From NCBI GenBank assembly GCA_965662895.1, contig CBFIJH010000010.1, positions 4,563 through 68,562 of the forward strand: a DNA stretch of 64,000 nt, given 5' to 3'. The translations under genes were made by a program, and so were the position numbers. A model generated the notes under the pieces. The model had not been told where the DNA came from. It did no database searches and saw nothing but the letters and a program-made list of their open reading frames with translations. Positions 26,989 to 37,292 of this stretch are shown in pieces. This DNA is from Candidatus Poseidoniaceae archaeon (GTDB lineage: Archaea > Thermoplasmatota > Poseidoniia > Poseidoniales > Poseidoniaceae). Numbering within the stretch: the first letter of the stretch is position 1; each line of letters starts with the position of its first letter.

Positions 26989-28137
26989 TCACAAATTTTT
27001 GGTGATTTCTCGACCAATAATCATACGTTGAACTTGACTGCTTCCCTCGTAAATCTGCATCACCTTTGCACCGCGCATAAGTCGCGCAACGGGATACTCC
27101 TCTGAATATCCATATCCACCATAGACTTGGACTGCATCGGTAGCGATCTGCATGGCAGTATCGGCTGCAAATCGTTTTGCGTGGGCTGCAGACTCAGTGT
27201 TTTTGACACCTGCATCTGCATCCGCTGCAGATTTCCAGGTTAGCATACGGCTTGCTTCGATGTTGGTCTTCATATCTGCAAGCATGAATTGAATCGCCTG
27301 ATGTTTATGCAAAGGCTTCCCAAACGTTTGGCGCTCGTGACTGTACTGTAGCGCATGCTCGTAAGCTGCACGTGAAAGCCCGGTTGCATGGGCTGCGATG
27401 TTGGGTCGGCTCAAATCAAATGCATTCATTGCATTCATCCATCCACCTGATTCACTCTCTCCGACCAGTTGGTTCGCAGGGACCCGAACGTTGTTGAAGG
27501 TTATACTGCGTGTGTCACTGCAACGTTGCCCCATATTGGTCTCTTTCTTACCAAGCGAAAGTCCTTCAGCATTGGACTCTACAATGAATCCGGACATGCC
27601 TCGATATCCTGCATCAGGATCGGTTTTGGCCAGTACGAAGAAGAAATCTGCGTATCCGGCTCCAGTAATCCACATCTTCGATCCATTGATGATATAATCA
27701 TCTCCGTCACGAACCGCCGTAGTCTGAATTGCTGCAACATCTGAACCAGCGCCTGGCTCTGTAACGGCGTACGAAGCGAGCGCTCCTTCTTCTGCAACTT
27801 TGCGTAACCAGACGTTCTTTTGCTCCTCTGTTGCTCCGGTAATAATCGGAGCGCATGCAAGGGCTGTAGCGTAAGCAGCGGTGGCGAACCCTGGATCGCC
27901 CCAAGCCAATTCCTCATTGACGAGCACTTCTTCCATGCAACCGAGACCAGGCCCTCCATATGCTTCAGGAATATGGAGATTGAGAAGACCCAATTCATGG
28001 GCCATTTGTATAGCCTCTTTCGGATAGATGGATTCCTCATCCCAATGTTCTGCATGTGGGCGGATTTCGTCCCGTGCAAATTCGCGAGCAAGTTCACGCA
28101 ACATCTCTTGCATCTCATCCAATTGGAAGTCGACCAT
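26989..28137 (-). CDS. acyl-CoA dehydrogenase
   Basis: 382 aa. The ACAD N, middle and C domains are present (YAVTEPGAGSD, GSKMWITG, YGGYGYSEEYPVARLMRGAKV.QIYEG). Confidence 0.85.
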   Translation of the reverse strand: MVDFQLDEMQEMLRELAREFARDEIRPHAEHWDEESIYPKEAIQMAHELGLLNLHIPEAYGGPGLGCMEEVLVNEELAWGDPGFATAAYATALACAPIITGATEEQKNVWLRKVAEEGALASYAVTEPGAGSDVAAIQTTAVRDGDDYIINGSKMWITGAGYADFFFVLAKTDPDAGYRGMSGFIVESNAEGLSLGKKETNMGQRCSDTRSITFNNVRVPANQLVGESESGGWMNAMNAFDLSRPNIAAHATGLSRAAYEHALQYSHERQTFGKPLHKHQAIQFMLADMKTNIEASRMLTWKSAADADAGVKNTESAAHAKRFAADTAMQIATDAVQVYGGYGYSEEYPVARLMRGAKVMQIYEGSSQVQRMIIGREITKNL

Positions 28138-28184
28138 ACCATGCCCACATGGAAGTCGGACATAAGTCTTGATTTGGAATCAAG

Positions 28185-29288
28185 TCAACGATTCAGTTGC
28201 AAAACGACCAAGAAGATGAGATAAAACAAAACCATACAGGCACCTTCCCAGCGTTCGAACCTGTACGTTCGCCGCATGAAAAACAATGCGAGGAGTACAC
28301 CGAGAACGGTTGCAGGAGCGATAATGTCCATGGTCAAACCATTGTCTGACGGCGAGATAGATAAAGGATGAATCATCGAAGCGATACCAACGGAAAGAAG
28401 CGGATCGGTAATGTTCGACCCAATCAGTGTACCAATAGCAACGCCTTTGCTTCGTTTTGCGGCCATAATAGCGATTGTTAATTCTGGGAGAGAGGTTCCA
28501 ATTCCAGACACTGTTGTTCCGATAACAGAATGTGGAACCTTCAGTCGCTCTGCGAGCTCATAGGCTTGTTCAACGAGGATGTTCGCAGAATAGACAGCGA
28601 AAGCAAGTCCAAGAAAAATCATAATCATGTAAGCAGTTGAACTCCAGTTTGACCCTCGAACTTCGTATTCACCCGCTTCTTCAACCTCTTCCTGACGGAT
28701 TGCCTCTCGCTTCATCAATAACCAAACAATGTACACGACATAGAGCGATGCAAGGATGGCTCCTTCCCATCGCTCGAGCGAGTTGTTTGTCCAGACAAAA
28801 AACAGCATGAGGATGACCGCAAGCAGCATGATTACGCCATCGCGATTCAGCCACGATGGTCGAACTTTCACCGCTCGAGTCATGACAACGATACCCAGGA
28901 TAAGTGTGATTTGAACCAGAACTGAACCCAGAATACTTCCTATTGCAAAGTCAGCCGCTCCTTGTTTTCCTTGGCTTGCTTCGTATGCTGCACTTCCAGA
29001 GACAAGGATTTCGGGAAGGGAAGTCCCGATTGAAACAATTGTTAACCCGATGACGATTTCTGCTATACCTGCGCGACGTGCAAGCCCTTTCGCCCCCTCG
29101 ATGAAAAAATCAGCACTCGTGATGAGCAAACCGAGGGAAAGCAGAAGAATGATGCTCACAACAAGCATTGAGTTTGATTGTCCAAGATATTTGAGAAGGA
29201 CAATCGCAAAGAAGAGAGCACCAGTGATTAACATAGCGTTGAAGTGTATGAGTTGAGGAATTCCCATCAACTCATCCTTCTGCTCCAT
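28185..29288 (-). CDS. Ca2+/cation antiporter (CaCA family, YrbG-like)
   Basis: It has two alpha-repeat motifs (GTSLPEILVS and GTSLPELTIA) and about 10 TM helices. Confidence 0.8.
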   Translation of the reverse strand: MEQKDELMGIPQLIHFNAMLITGALFFAIVLLKYLGQSNSMLVVSIILLLSLGLLITSADFFIEGAKGLARRAGIAEIVIGLTIVSIGTSLPEILVSGSAAYEASQGKQGAADFAIGSILGSVLVQITLILGIVVMTRAVKVRPSWLNRDGVIMLLAVILMLFFVWTNNSLERWEGAILASLYVVYIVWLLMKREAIRQEEVEEAGEYEVRGSNWSSTAYMIMIFLGLAFAVYSANILVEQAYELAERLKVPHSVIGTTVSGIGTSLPELTIAIMAAKRSKGVAIGTLIGSNITDPLLSVGIASMIHPLSISPSDNGLTMDIIAPATVLGVLLALFFMRRTYRFERWEGACMVLFYLIFLVVLQLNR

Positions 29289-29368
29289 AATCCTCCCATG
29301 GGTTATGGGTTTTGATGCTTCTGTCCTTCTATGGAGGTAAGATGATGTTCTGATTTGTTTTCGATAGA

Positions 29369-29980
29369 ATGATGTGGAAACGCGGAAGCATCGAAGCCTT
29401 TGGAACCCTCATCATGGTTCTTGCTGGATGTGGAAGCGTTGCATTAGAACGATCAAGTGTTGAGGTTTCACTTGCCTTTGGAGCCTCTGTAGCCATCGTC
29501 ATCTTAACCATCGGACGATGGACGGGAGCGCACATTAATCCTGCAGTATCCATTGCATTCTGGTACAGAGGAGACCTTGCTTCGAAGGATGCAACAGCCC
29601 ACGTGTTGGGTCAATTGATTGGTGCACTTTGTGCCGCTTTGATTCTTCAAGGTGCGGGTCCTACCACGCGAAATACATCGTGGATGAACCTAATTGGCAT
29701 TGAAGTTCTCATCACCTTTGTTCTGATGGCATCGATTTTATGGATCATTCGTCAAACGGATGAATGGTTTCCAATTGCTGTTGTCGTTGGTTCAACCGTA
29801 GCAGTTCTTGCCTTTGTTTTTGGAAAATATACGGGTGCAAGTATGAATCCAGCTCGAACTTTTGGTCCAAATCTCATATCTGGTGATGTGACAATTATAC
29901 CCATCTACTTTGTCTGCACGATAGTTGGGGCTTTGCTTGCAGTTGCAGCAGAGCGGTTCATTGCACCAAGTTCTGAATGA
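29369..29980 (+). CDS. aquaporin/MIP-family channel (short)
   Basis: Two NPA boxes are present (HINPAVS and SMNPART) with 6 hydrophobic segments. At 203 aa it is shorter than typical AqpM. Confidence 0.7.
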   Translation: MMWKRGSIEAFGTLIMVLAGCGSVALERSSVEVSLAFGASVAIVILTIGRWTGAHINPAVSIAFWYRGDLASKDATAHVLGQLIGALCAALILQGAGPTTRNTSWMNLIGIEVLITFVLMASILWIIRQTDEWFPIAVVVGSTVAVLAFVFGKYTGASMNPARTFGPNLISGDVTIIPIYFVCTIVGALLAVAAERFIAPSSE

Positions 29981-32582
29981 CTCGTGTTACGTGTTCAACC
30001 GAAGGAATGGTGTGGTTTTCAAGTGGTGGAGAAAATGGTACTGGTGTATCTAAAGCACCAATAACGACCGGTTGGGCTTCGAGTTGGTAAAACGTCGATT
30101 CGAGAATCCGGGATTGAATGGTATGACCCAAACCTCCGTGCCATTGTCCTTCTTGCAGGACAACGAGTCGGCCAGTCTTTTGCACAGAGGCAATACAAGA
30201 CGCTGCATCAAACGGCAAAAGGGTTCGCAAATCGAGAATTTCAACCTCAATCCCACTTTTGCTAAGTTCTTCAGCGGCCTCTGCAGCAAGGTGTACCATC
30301 GCACCCCACGTGACAAGGGTTACGTCATCACCTTCACGACGAAGGGACGCTCGACCAATTGAATGACGTTCCCCTTTCTCAATCGAATCGTGGACAGATT
30401 TTGTATCGACCTTTTGGTTGATGTTTTGGCCCCAACCCGTTTTTCCACCTCGCAATCCGTACAATCCAATATGTTCGAGAAACAAGACCGGATCATCAAG
30501 ATGTGCTGCTTCAATCAACAAATCGTATGCATCCTGAGGAGTTGCAGGTGCAAGCACAACCAAACCTGGGTCATTTGCAAACCATGATTCAATCATGTTC
30601 GCATGAAATGGTCCTGAACGCGTTTTTGCTCCAAGTGGAATTCGAATGGTCATGGGACAGTCTGCGCCCCAACGCCATCTCAACATCGCTGCATTGTTGA
30701 TGAGGGCATTGAATCCGAGTGCAGCAAAGCCTCCAAATTGTATCTCGACCATGGGGCGCATACCCGACAAGGCTGCTCCAACCCCAGCATGAACGATGAT
30801 CGCTTCGCAAAGAGGCATATCAACAAGTTTCTCTTGATGACCTGCATTTTTGAGAGCCATATTCATTCCAAAGGCCCCTGCAACTTCCATATCTTCACCA
30901 ATAAAGACGCAATCCTCTCCATAGGAATGCGCAATATCGACCATCGCTTGTTGAATCGCACGAGCATATGTCCATCCTCCGGTTTCGACATAATCGAGTG
31001 GATTGAAAGATGCGATGGATGCAACATCCGTGCTTATTTCCATTGCAGCAAGATGGTCCTCGTGGGTTCGTGCATCATGAAGCGAAGTGATTCCTTTGGT
31101 AACAGTCTCAGGTTTTGGCCATTCCATCTGCTCAACAATTGTTCGTGCTTCATCAACAAGTTCTTGCTCTTCAGATTCCATTTGAGCAAGTTCTTCTTCG
31201 GTTATTCCGAGTGTCATTAACAGGGTTCGATGCGATGGAATCGGATCCTTATCGGCCCAATATTCCAATAAATCACGATCAACATATCCAGGTGGCGTAC
31301 CTGTTTCAGAACCAAGATAGAGATCGTCATGGTGATGGGCGTGACCGCACCCACGCATGGTTTCGACATGGATCATGGTTGGCCCACCTCCTTCAAGTCC
31401 AAATTCACGAGCTGTCGCGACACTTGCATGCCATGCTGCTGGATCTGAACCGTCAATTGTCCATGAAGGGAAACCCATCGCCACAGCTTTGTCAGCCCAC
31501 AATTCGACGCCGGACTGATGCGCTGGTGGCGTATCGAGTGCAATCTGATTGTTCTGAAGAATGTAGCAGATTGGTAGTCCTCGTGCACCCGCTAAGTTGA
31601 TCGCTTCCCAATACTCACCAGAGGATGAGGCTCCTTCTCCAATGCATGCAACGTGGAAGCGGTCAAGCGATTGTTTCCAGCCCGCAAAAGCAAGACCTGT
31701 CATGGTTGCACTGGCAATGGGAAGAGGTGCTGTAGGTGGAAGTACACCAACGTGCCAAGCACCAATGTGAAGATCTCGTCCACCCGCTCCTTCGTGACCA
31801 CCGTTCTGATTCGATCCTGCTTTACCCATCTGGGCGGCCATCACATCAACCACTGTATCACCCATCGCAAGACCAAGTCCGACATCTCGAATCATGGGTG
31901 CAACCAAGTCCCCATCGTATCCATTTCCAGGGGTATGCGCCTTGTTTGGTTCTTCAGTTCGCTTCAATGCGGTTGCAACAGCGACCACACCCTCTTGCCA
32001 AGTTGATCGAAATCCTTTACCCCCAAATCGAGAACCATCGGGAGTTTCCATGCCGGAAAAAAACACCTCTTTCAGGTGCGCATCCATCGCCCGTGTACGG
32101 GTCATGAGCCTCTGCCACTCAAGACGATGGTCCATCGTTGTCGACATGTAGTGAGCAAGACGACGGAGACAAAGCCGAAGATCAACGATGAGATGCGAAA
32201 TTCGGCGTTCAAGATGCTCAGTTATGCTACGTCGCGGCATAACTTCTGCATCGAGAATGGTTGAGATCTTGTGCGAATTTTGGGCTTCAAATCCCCGTTT
32301 GAATGCATCAACAAACCGTTCACTAAACGCATGCCATGATTCACCATCGAAAGAATGTTGACCATCGGCGTGGAGATGATCCCATATGTTTGCAGCAAGG
32401 AAAACGTGCCCTTCATGGCGCTCCGCAAAAAAACGCATAACTTCAGCTCGTGCAGCATCAAAAAGAAGAGGTTGGCTGAAGGTTAACGCCACACGAGGCT
32501 TCCAGTCCGCTCCATGAATTTCCGGCTGTGCACCCTGTGTCATAGCCCCGCCCCGTTCTTGCGAAGAAGCCCCTTGTTTCAA
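29958..32582 (-). CDS. fused alpha-beta E1 component of a 2-oxoacid (pyruvate/branched-chain/acetoin) dehydrogenase, with ~180-aa N-terminal extension
   Basis: The TPP-binding alpha region (GEGASSSGEYWEAINLAGARGLPICYILQNNQIAL) is followed by beta-subunit-like transketolase pyrimidine-binding and C-terminal domains in one 874-aa ORF. Confidence 0.7.
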   Translation of the reverse strand: MKQGASSQERGGAMTQGAQPEIHGADWKPRVALTFSQPLLFDAARAEVMRFFAERHEGHVFLAANIWDHLHADGQHSFDGESWHAFSERFVDAFKRGFEAQNSHKISTILDAEVMPRRSITEHLERRISHLIVDLRLCLRRLAHYMSTTMDHRLEWQRLMTRTRAMDAHLKEVFFSGMETPDGSRFGGKGFRSTWQEGVVAVATALKRTEEPNKAHTPGNGYDGDLVAPMIRDVGLGLAMGDTVVDVMAAQMGKAGSNQNGGHEGAGGRDLHIGAWHVGVLPPTAPLPIASATMTGLAFAGWKQSLDRFHVACIGEGASSSGEYWEAINLAGARGLPICYILQNNQIALDTPPAHQSGVELWADKAVAMGFPSWTIDGSDPAAWHASVATAREFGLEGGGPTMIHVETMRGCGHAHHHDDLYLGSETGTPPGYVDRDLLEYWADKDPIPSHRTLLMTLGITEEELAQMESEEQELVDEARTIVEQMEWPKPETVTKGITSLHDARTHEDHLAAMEISTDVASIASFNPLDYVETGGWTYARAIQQAMVDIAHSYGEDCVFIGEDMEVAGAFGMNMALKNAGHQEKLVDMPLCEAIIVHAGVGAALSGMRPMVEIQFGGFAALGFNALINNAAMLRWRWGADCPMTIRIPLGAKTRSGPFHANMIESWFANDPGLVVLAPATPQDAYDLLIEAAHLDDPVLFLEHIGLYGLRGGKTGWGQNINQKVDTKSVHDSIEKGERHSIGRASLRREGDDVTLVTWGAMVHLAAEAAEELSKSGIEVEILDLRTLLPFDAASCIASVQKTGRLVVLQEGQWHGGLGHTIQSRILESTFYQLEAQPVVIGALDTPVPFSPPLENHTIPSVEHVTRVIQNLVQ

Positions 32583-32609
32583 GGCTATGGATTCAAAATT
32601 GTGGAAGAA

Positions 32610-33416
32610 TTACTCATCCTCTCCAATGGTTTGTTTAAGGACACGAATTGAAGTTCTCGTGACAAGAACCGTCACGATGACAGTAGCGAGAATCCCAACC
32701 AGAAGCAAAACAAGGCCGCTATTTGATTGCGTTAATCCACTCATTCCTGACTGACCAAGAGCAAGAGAACCGAGCGCATGTCCATAATATGCATAAATCA
32801 GACAGTAGATCAAACTCGAGGTGTTTGAAATCAAGAACACCCTTAGCGACACGGGTGTTGCTGACATAATGTAATTCAGCCATTCATCAGGAAGGATTGG
32901 TGAGAGACGGACCAGTACAGAAATACGCATCGCATCCTCTTCCAAAGCAGATTCAATGCTCAACATACGCTGGTCGTTCTGTATGGCTTCTCGAATCGAA
33001 TCACGAAACAACCATCTTCCCAGAACAAAGGCCAAGAAACCGCCAACCATCGATGCGACAAAGTTCACTGCCACTGCAATCCAGAAGGGGAAAATGGCTC
33101 CTGCTCCAACCTTAACGAATGGTGTTGGAAGCAAAAGAACAATTCCAAGAGAAAGGGCAACCGTAAACAAGACTGGAGACCAAATTCCAAATCCCTTGAA
33201 CCAGTCAATGATGTTGGAAGCATCTTGGAACAGGAAGTACCCAGCAGTTCCACACAACATGAGTGCGATTAAACCAAACGCTGCACGCCATTGATACACG
33301 CCGACCTTCTGTTGTTTCATCTGCTGAAGATTCTTCCGACCATCGATGAGGTGGAGTTCGGAGGGACGTGGAAATTGAGGTACAGAGGATTGTGAACGTT
33401 TGTTCAAACTTTTCAC
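32610..33416 (-). CDS. DedA/TVP38/SNARE-associated family membrane protein
   Basis: Its topology and composition are consistent with the DedA family. The call is of moderate strength. Confidence 0.5.
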   Translation of the reverse strand: MKSLNKRSQSSVPQFPRPSELHLIDGRKNLQQMKQQKVGVYQWRAAFGLIALMLCGTAGYFLFQDASNIIDWFKGFGIWSPVLFTVALSLGIVLLLPTPFVKVGAGAIFPFWIAVAVNFVASMVGGFLAFVLGRWLFRDSIREAIQNDQRMLSIESALEEDAMRISVLVRLSPILPDEWLNYIMSATPVSLRVFLISNTSSLIYCLIYAYYGHALGSLALGQSGMSGLTQSNSGLVLLLVGILATVIVTVLVTRTSIRVLKQTIGEDE

Positions 33417-34447
33417 TCCTCTTCTGATTCAGGTAAAGAAGAAAGAACATCACCAAGCATTTCTGCTGCGTCTTCGATTCGTGTCATGAGCGTCGTATCA
33501 GCAACTGCACCTGGGCGCCCAAGATCCCACATCAATTCGTGAACCATTTCGGTCGTCAACCGAGTCATTCGAAGAACTTGCGGATCGATTCTCTCCAAAT
33601 CATCATCCGGCAGGAGTGCAACCTGTTCAGGAGCTTCATCGAGAATGTCGTCCATCTTTGCTTCAATTTCATCAGCGATGTTCGCAGCTTGTTGTTCAAG
33701 AATGGATTCCATTCCACCTTGCGAAAGCGGTGTTGGTTGTTCGTTGAGATTACCGAGCGATTTTTTCTTCTTCAAGTCTTCAAACGAAGGTCCTTTGGCA
33801 TCGCCAGTTTCGCTCCCATCTTGTACCAATTGATTCAGTGCAACTCGCAACAGATTGGAGAGATCTGTTGCTTCCAAGTCAAGATCGACCTCCATTCCTT
33901 GCTCTCCCATTTGTGCAAGAATATCGTTGATGAATGATTCATTGATTCGATCGGGTCCGACAAGACCCTTGAGCATGGGAAGAGCCCATCCTCCTCCACC
34001 CGCCATAACTGCAACATCAAACGAGCCCCCTCCGGATTCGAGTGTCACATCTGCTGGCGGCGGGACAAATTGTTTGCGAGCATGTTTCCAAAGTTGTTCG
34101 GTCAGTGCCTTCATATCAACTGGTTTACCGATGACCTCGTGGATTCCTGCCTTCGCAGCGACGAGCATAAAGTCAGGACTTGTGGAACGTGAAAGGAGGA
34201 CGATGCGACATTTGAAAGCAAACTCGGGGTCGCCCATCAATCGTTGAGCTGCATCAATCGCATCACCTGATTTCCACTCACCATCAAGCAAAACAACCTC
34301 TGGCATAACCGCAAGCGCTGTACCTTCCGCTTGTCGCAAGGTACCTGCTCGCGTTACGTCAAATCCTTCACGTTCAAGTGTTGATGCGAGAAGGGTTCGA
34401 CGGCCCTGGTTCTCGTCAGCAACAATGACTTTGCCCATGATGACCAA
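33413..34447 (-). CDS. response-regulator receiver (CheY-like REC) protein with uncharacterised acidic C-terminal domain
   Basis: KVIVADE...VVLLDGEW...GKPV fit the REC fold positions (Asp pocket, phospho-Asp, Lys). The C-terminal 200 aa have no recognisable motif. Confidence 0.65.
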   Translation of the reverse strand: MVIMGKVIVADENQGRRTLLASTLEREGFDVTRAGTLRQAEGTALAVMPEVVLLDGEWKSGDAIDAAQRLMGDPEFAFKCRIVLLSRSTSPDFMLVAAKAGIHEVIGKPVDMKALTEQLWKHARKQFVPPPADVTLESGGGSFDVAVMAGGGGWALPMLKGLVGPDRINESFINDILAQMGEQGMEVDLDLEATDLSNLLRVALNQLVQDGSETGDAKGPSFEDLKKKKSLGNLNEQPTPLSQGGMESILEQQAANIADEIEAKMDDILDEAPEQVALLPDDDLERIDPQVLRMTRLTTEMVHELMWDLGRPGAVADTTLMTRIEDAAEMLGDVLSSLPESEEE

Positions 34448-34488
34448 TATGAAACGAAGAGTCCGGCTCTTTGAACCTCACCCTCAAT

Positions 34489-35643
34489 TCAGCCATGAAC
34501 AACGTCTTCTGGAGCCATCTGACTCCATGCCATGATTCCACCCGTGAGATTGTACAATCGGCTTGGGTCAATACCCGATTGGTTGAGCAACAAAATTGCC
34601 ATTTGAGAACGCATGCCGCTACGACACATGACGACGACGTCACGGTCGTGAGGAATGCTATCAATTGCGGAATTCGCAACATCGTGGACAACATGCAAAT
34701 CAAAGGTTGCAAGACGGATCTGTTCGAGTTCTTCGTCACTACGCACATCAATAATGAATGGTTCCCATCCTGTTTGTTGTTTGGATTTCAATTCAGGTAC
34801 GGTCATGGATTGCATCATAATTTTCCCTGTCACATCGTCTTCTTGAACTTGCTGAGGGCGAGGAGTGCAGTAAGCAGGGTCATCAAACAACGCTTGTGCG
34901 AACGATAAATCTGTGATTTCGGGTTTTGAATCCAAAGCCCCAAATTGCAACGATTGCATGGTCATCGATTCGGCATCGTACAAGAGCAAGCGACCGATGA
35001 GGCTTGATTTCATGCCAACAATATGTTTGATCACCTCCGTCGCTTGAAGACTACCAACAACACCGGGAAGAACACCAAACACACCCGCTTCGGCACAGTT
35101 TTGCAGCGCTCCAGCCGGAGGTGCATCAGGAAACAAATCTCGATAGCGACGATCTTCTTTTGTCGAGAAAAACGAGACTTGGCCTTCAAATCGATGGATT
35201 GAACCATACACCCAAGGAATCGAAAGCAGATGGCAAGCATCGTCGATGAGATATCGAGTTGGAATGTTGTCGGTTCCATCGACAATCACGTCCCAACCGT
35301 TGAACAATTCAAGTGCATTTTCAGGGCTGAGTCGTTGCTTATATTCGAGGATGGTTACGTTTGGATCGAGATCGAGAAGTTTCTCCTTTGCAGATTCCAC
35401 TTTCATCCGACCAACGTCTTCGGTTCGATGGAGGACTTGTCGCTGAAGATTCGAAATATCGACTCGATCATCGTCGATGATACCAATCGTACCAATGCCC
35501 GCTGCAGCAAGATAGAGGAGAACAGGGCTACCAAGTCCACCCGCACCAACAACGAAGACCTTGGCCTTCGCCAACTTCTCTTGCCCTTCAACTCCAACCT
35601 GCGGTAGGACAAGATGACGAGCGTGTCGTTGCATATCGACCAT
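34489..35643 (-). CDS. MoeB/ThiF/UbaA-type E1-like adenylyltransferase with C-terminal rhodanese domain
   Basis: A Rossmann nucleotide loop (VFVVGAGGLGS) is present, and a C-terminal rhodanese active-site loop (CRSGMRS). I placed the start at MVDMQRHARHL to avoid overlap with trxB. Confidence 0.8.
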   Translation of the reverse strand: MVDMQRHARHLVLPQVGVEGQEKLAKAKVFVVGAGGLGSPVLLYLAAAGIGTIGIIDDDRVDISNLQRQVLHRTEDVGRMKVESAKEKLLDLDPNVTILEYKQRLSPENALELFNGWDVIVDGTDNIPTRYLIDDACHLLSIPWVYGSIHRFEGQVSFFSTKEDRRYRDLFPDAPPAGALQNCAEAGVFGVLPGVVGSLQATEVIKHIVGMKSSLIGRLLLYDAESMTMQSLQFGALDSKPEITDLSFAQALFDDPAYCTPRPQQVQEDDVTGKIMMQSMTVPELKSKQQTGWEPFIIDVRSDEELEQIRLATFDLHVVHDVANSAIDSIPHDRDVVVMCRSGMRSQMAILLLNQSGIDPSRLYNLTGGIMAWSQMAPEDVVHG

Positions 35644-35683
35644 GTTGATGCGTATTGATGCTTCATCAAATAGACATCGTTGC

Positions 35684-36613
35684 TCAATGAACATTTTCTT
35701 CAAGCCACTTTTCAGCATCCATAGCGGCTTGGCATCCCATTCCAGCAGCCGTGATGGCTTGCTTGTATCGGGTATCAACAACATCGCCTGCTGCAAACAC
35801 ACCATCGACCGAAGTCATGGTGTGGCTCTTGTGAAGGATGTAGCCGTTTTCATCGGTTTCAACTTGTCCACCAAGGAAGCTTGTAATGGGTTTGTGACCG
35901 ATGGCAATGAATGCCCCTGTGGCAGCGATTTCTTCTGTAGAGCCATCTCTTGGATCTTCAAGAATTGCCCCAGTCAATCCCTTTTCATCGCTCAGCCACT
36001 CCTTAACTTGGCGGAAGGTTTTAATCTCGATTTTGGGATGATTTGCAGCACGCTCGTACATGATTGTCGAGGCTCGGAAGACATCTCGACGATGAACCAG
36101 TGTCACCTTTGAAGCAAAACGTGTGAGGAACGTTGCTTCTTCGCAAGCAGAATCGCCACCGCCCACAACGAGGACTTCTTCATTCCGGAAGAAAGCACCA
36201 TCACAAGTTGCACACGTCGATATTCCACGACCTTTTTGTTCCGCCTCACCCGGAGCATCAAGCCAAATGGATTCTGCTCCTGTACAAACAATAAGAGAAT
36301 GGGCGAAGAAATCCTCACCTTCAACCGTGACCTTGAACGGTCGAGAGGATGTGTCAACGGATTCGACATTTTTGTCCTGAACGTTCAAACCGAATCGTTC
36401 TGCTTGCTCACGGAGTTGCATCATCATTTCAGGGCCACCGATTCCTTCTGGATAGCCGGGGAAGTTCTCGATATCACTGGTCAGCATCAATTGGCCGCCA
36501 GACATGTATCCAGCAAACATGAGCGGTTCGAGCATGGCTCGAGCAGCGTACAAACCGGCAGTGTATCCAGCAGGTCCTGAACCGATAACAATGACATTGT
36601 GAACATCCGACAT
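35684..36613 (-). CDS. trxB: thioredoxin-disulfide reductase
   Basis: The FAD loop VIVIGSGPAGYTAG and the redox CATCDG motif are present. A second NAD(P) Rossmann (VVGGGDSA) is also seen. I placed the start at MSDVHNV. Confidence 0.85.
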   Translation of the reverse strand: MSDVHNVIVIGSGPAGYTAGLYAARAMLEPLMFAGYMSGGQLMLTSDIENFPGYPEGIGGPEMMMQLREQAERFGLNVQDKNVESVDTSSRPFKVTVEGEDFFAHSLIVCTGAESIWLDAPGEAEQKGRGISTCATCDGAFFRNEEVLVVGGGDSACEEATFLTRFASKVTLVHRRDVFRASTIMYERAANHPKIEIKTFRQVKEWLSDEKGLTGAILEDPRDGSTEEIAATGAFIAIGHKPITSFLGGQVETDENGYILHKSHTMTSVDGVFAAGDVVDTRYKQAITAAGMGCQAAMDAEKWLEENVH

Positions 36614-36740
36614 TTGACTCACTCTACGACCAACACCCCGATGGACTTGAACATTATCCCTGTGTTTTCTCGACCTCGAACTCGACTCTTGTATCTCAGT
36701 CATAGGTGATGTCACAATTTATCGTTGCCCATCTCTCCCA

Positions 36741-37292
36741 TTGCTCATGGATGTCGCATCACACTGGTTGATGGGTTCGGGTGCCACGAACGGGCGGACA
36801 AAGTTCTGGGTAGCAGGACTCATGGGCGTCCTTCCAGATCTTTTGGTTTTCATTCCAAATTCCTTCTTGTTGGATGAGCGACCTGAAATAACCGATGAAA
36901 CTATAACTGCAGATTTTGGTTGGTATGCTTGGGAAGCATACCAAGTCACACATAGCCTTGTTTGGGCAACGATTGGATTTCTTTTCACATGGATTTTCTT
37001 CGAGAAGAGAGGCGTATCCCAGCGATTGTTCACCAACGATGCACTCTCGGCGCGAGATGCGGCAATCTGGCTTTGGCTTCCCTGGTTTATTCATATTTTC
37101 AACGACATTCCGACACACACTGCGAAGTTCTTCCCAACCCCCTTCTTGGCGCCGTTTAGTGACGTACGAGTTGATGGATATCGCTGGAGTACACCTTGGG
37201 TTTGGTTCACGAATCTTGCGATCATCCTCGCAATATGGTCGTATGTGTTTTACAAGAAACGAAAGCAATCACTCGTCGAGAAAGGGACGTAG
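36741..37292 (+). CDS. hypothetical membrane protein (possibly DUF457/YdjM-like membrane-bound hydrolase)
   Basis: 183 aa with 4-5 hydrophobic helices and conserved-looking His residues. I preferred it over the overlapping antisense ORF. Confidence 0.45.
   Translation: MLMDVASHWLMGSGATNGRTKFWVAGLMGVLPDLLVFIPNSFLLDERPEITDETITADFGWYAWEAYQVTHSLVWATIGFLFTWIFFEKRGVSQRLFTNDALSARDAAIWLWLPWFIHIFNDIPTHTAKFFPTPFLAPFSDVRVDGYRWSTPWVWFTNLAIILAIWSYVFYKKRKQSLVEKGT

Noticed and set aside
36759-37268. 169-aa minus-strand ORF fully overlapping the plus-strand membrane-protein ORF 36741-37292
   Set aside because: The plus-strand frame encodes coherent TM helices. The antisense frame is Cys/Arg-rich with no motif and is likely spurious.
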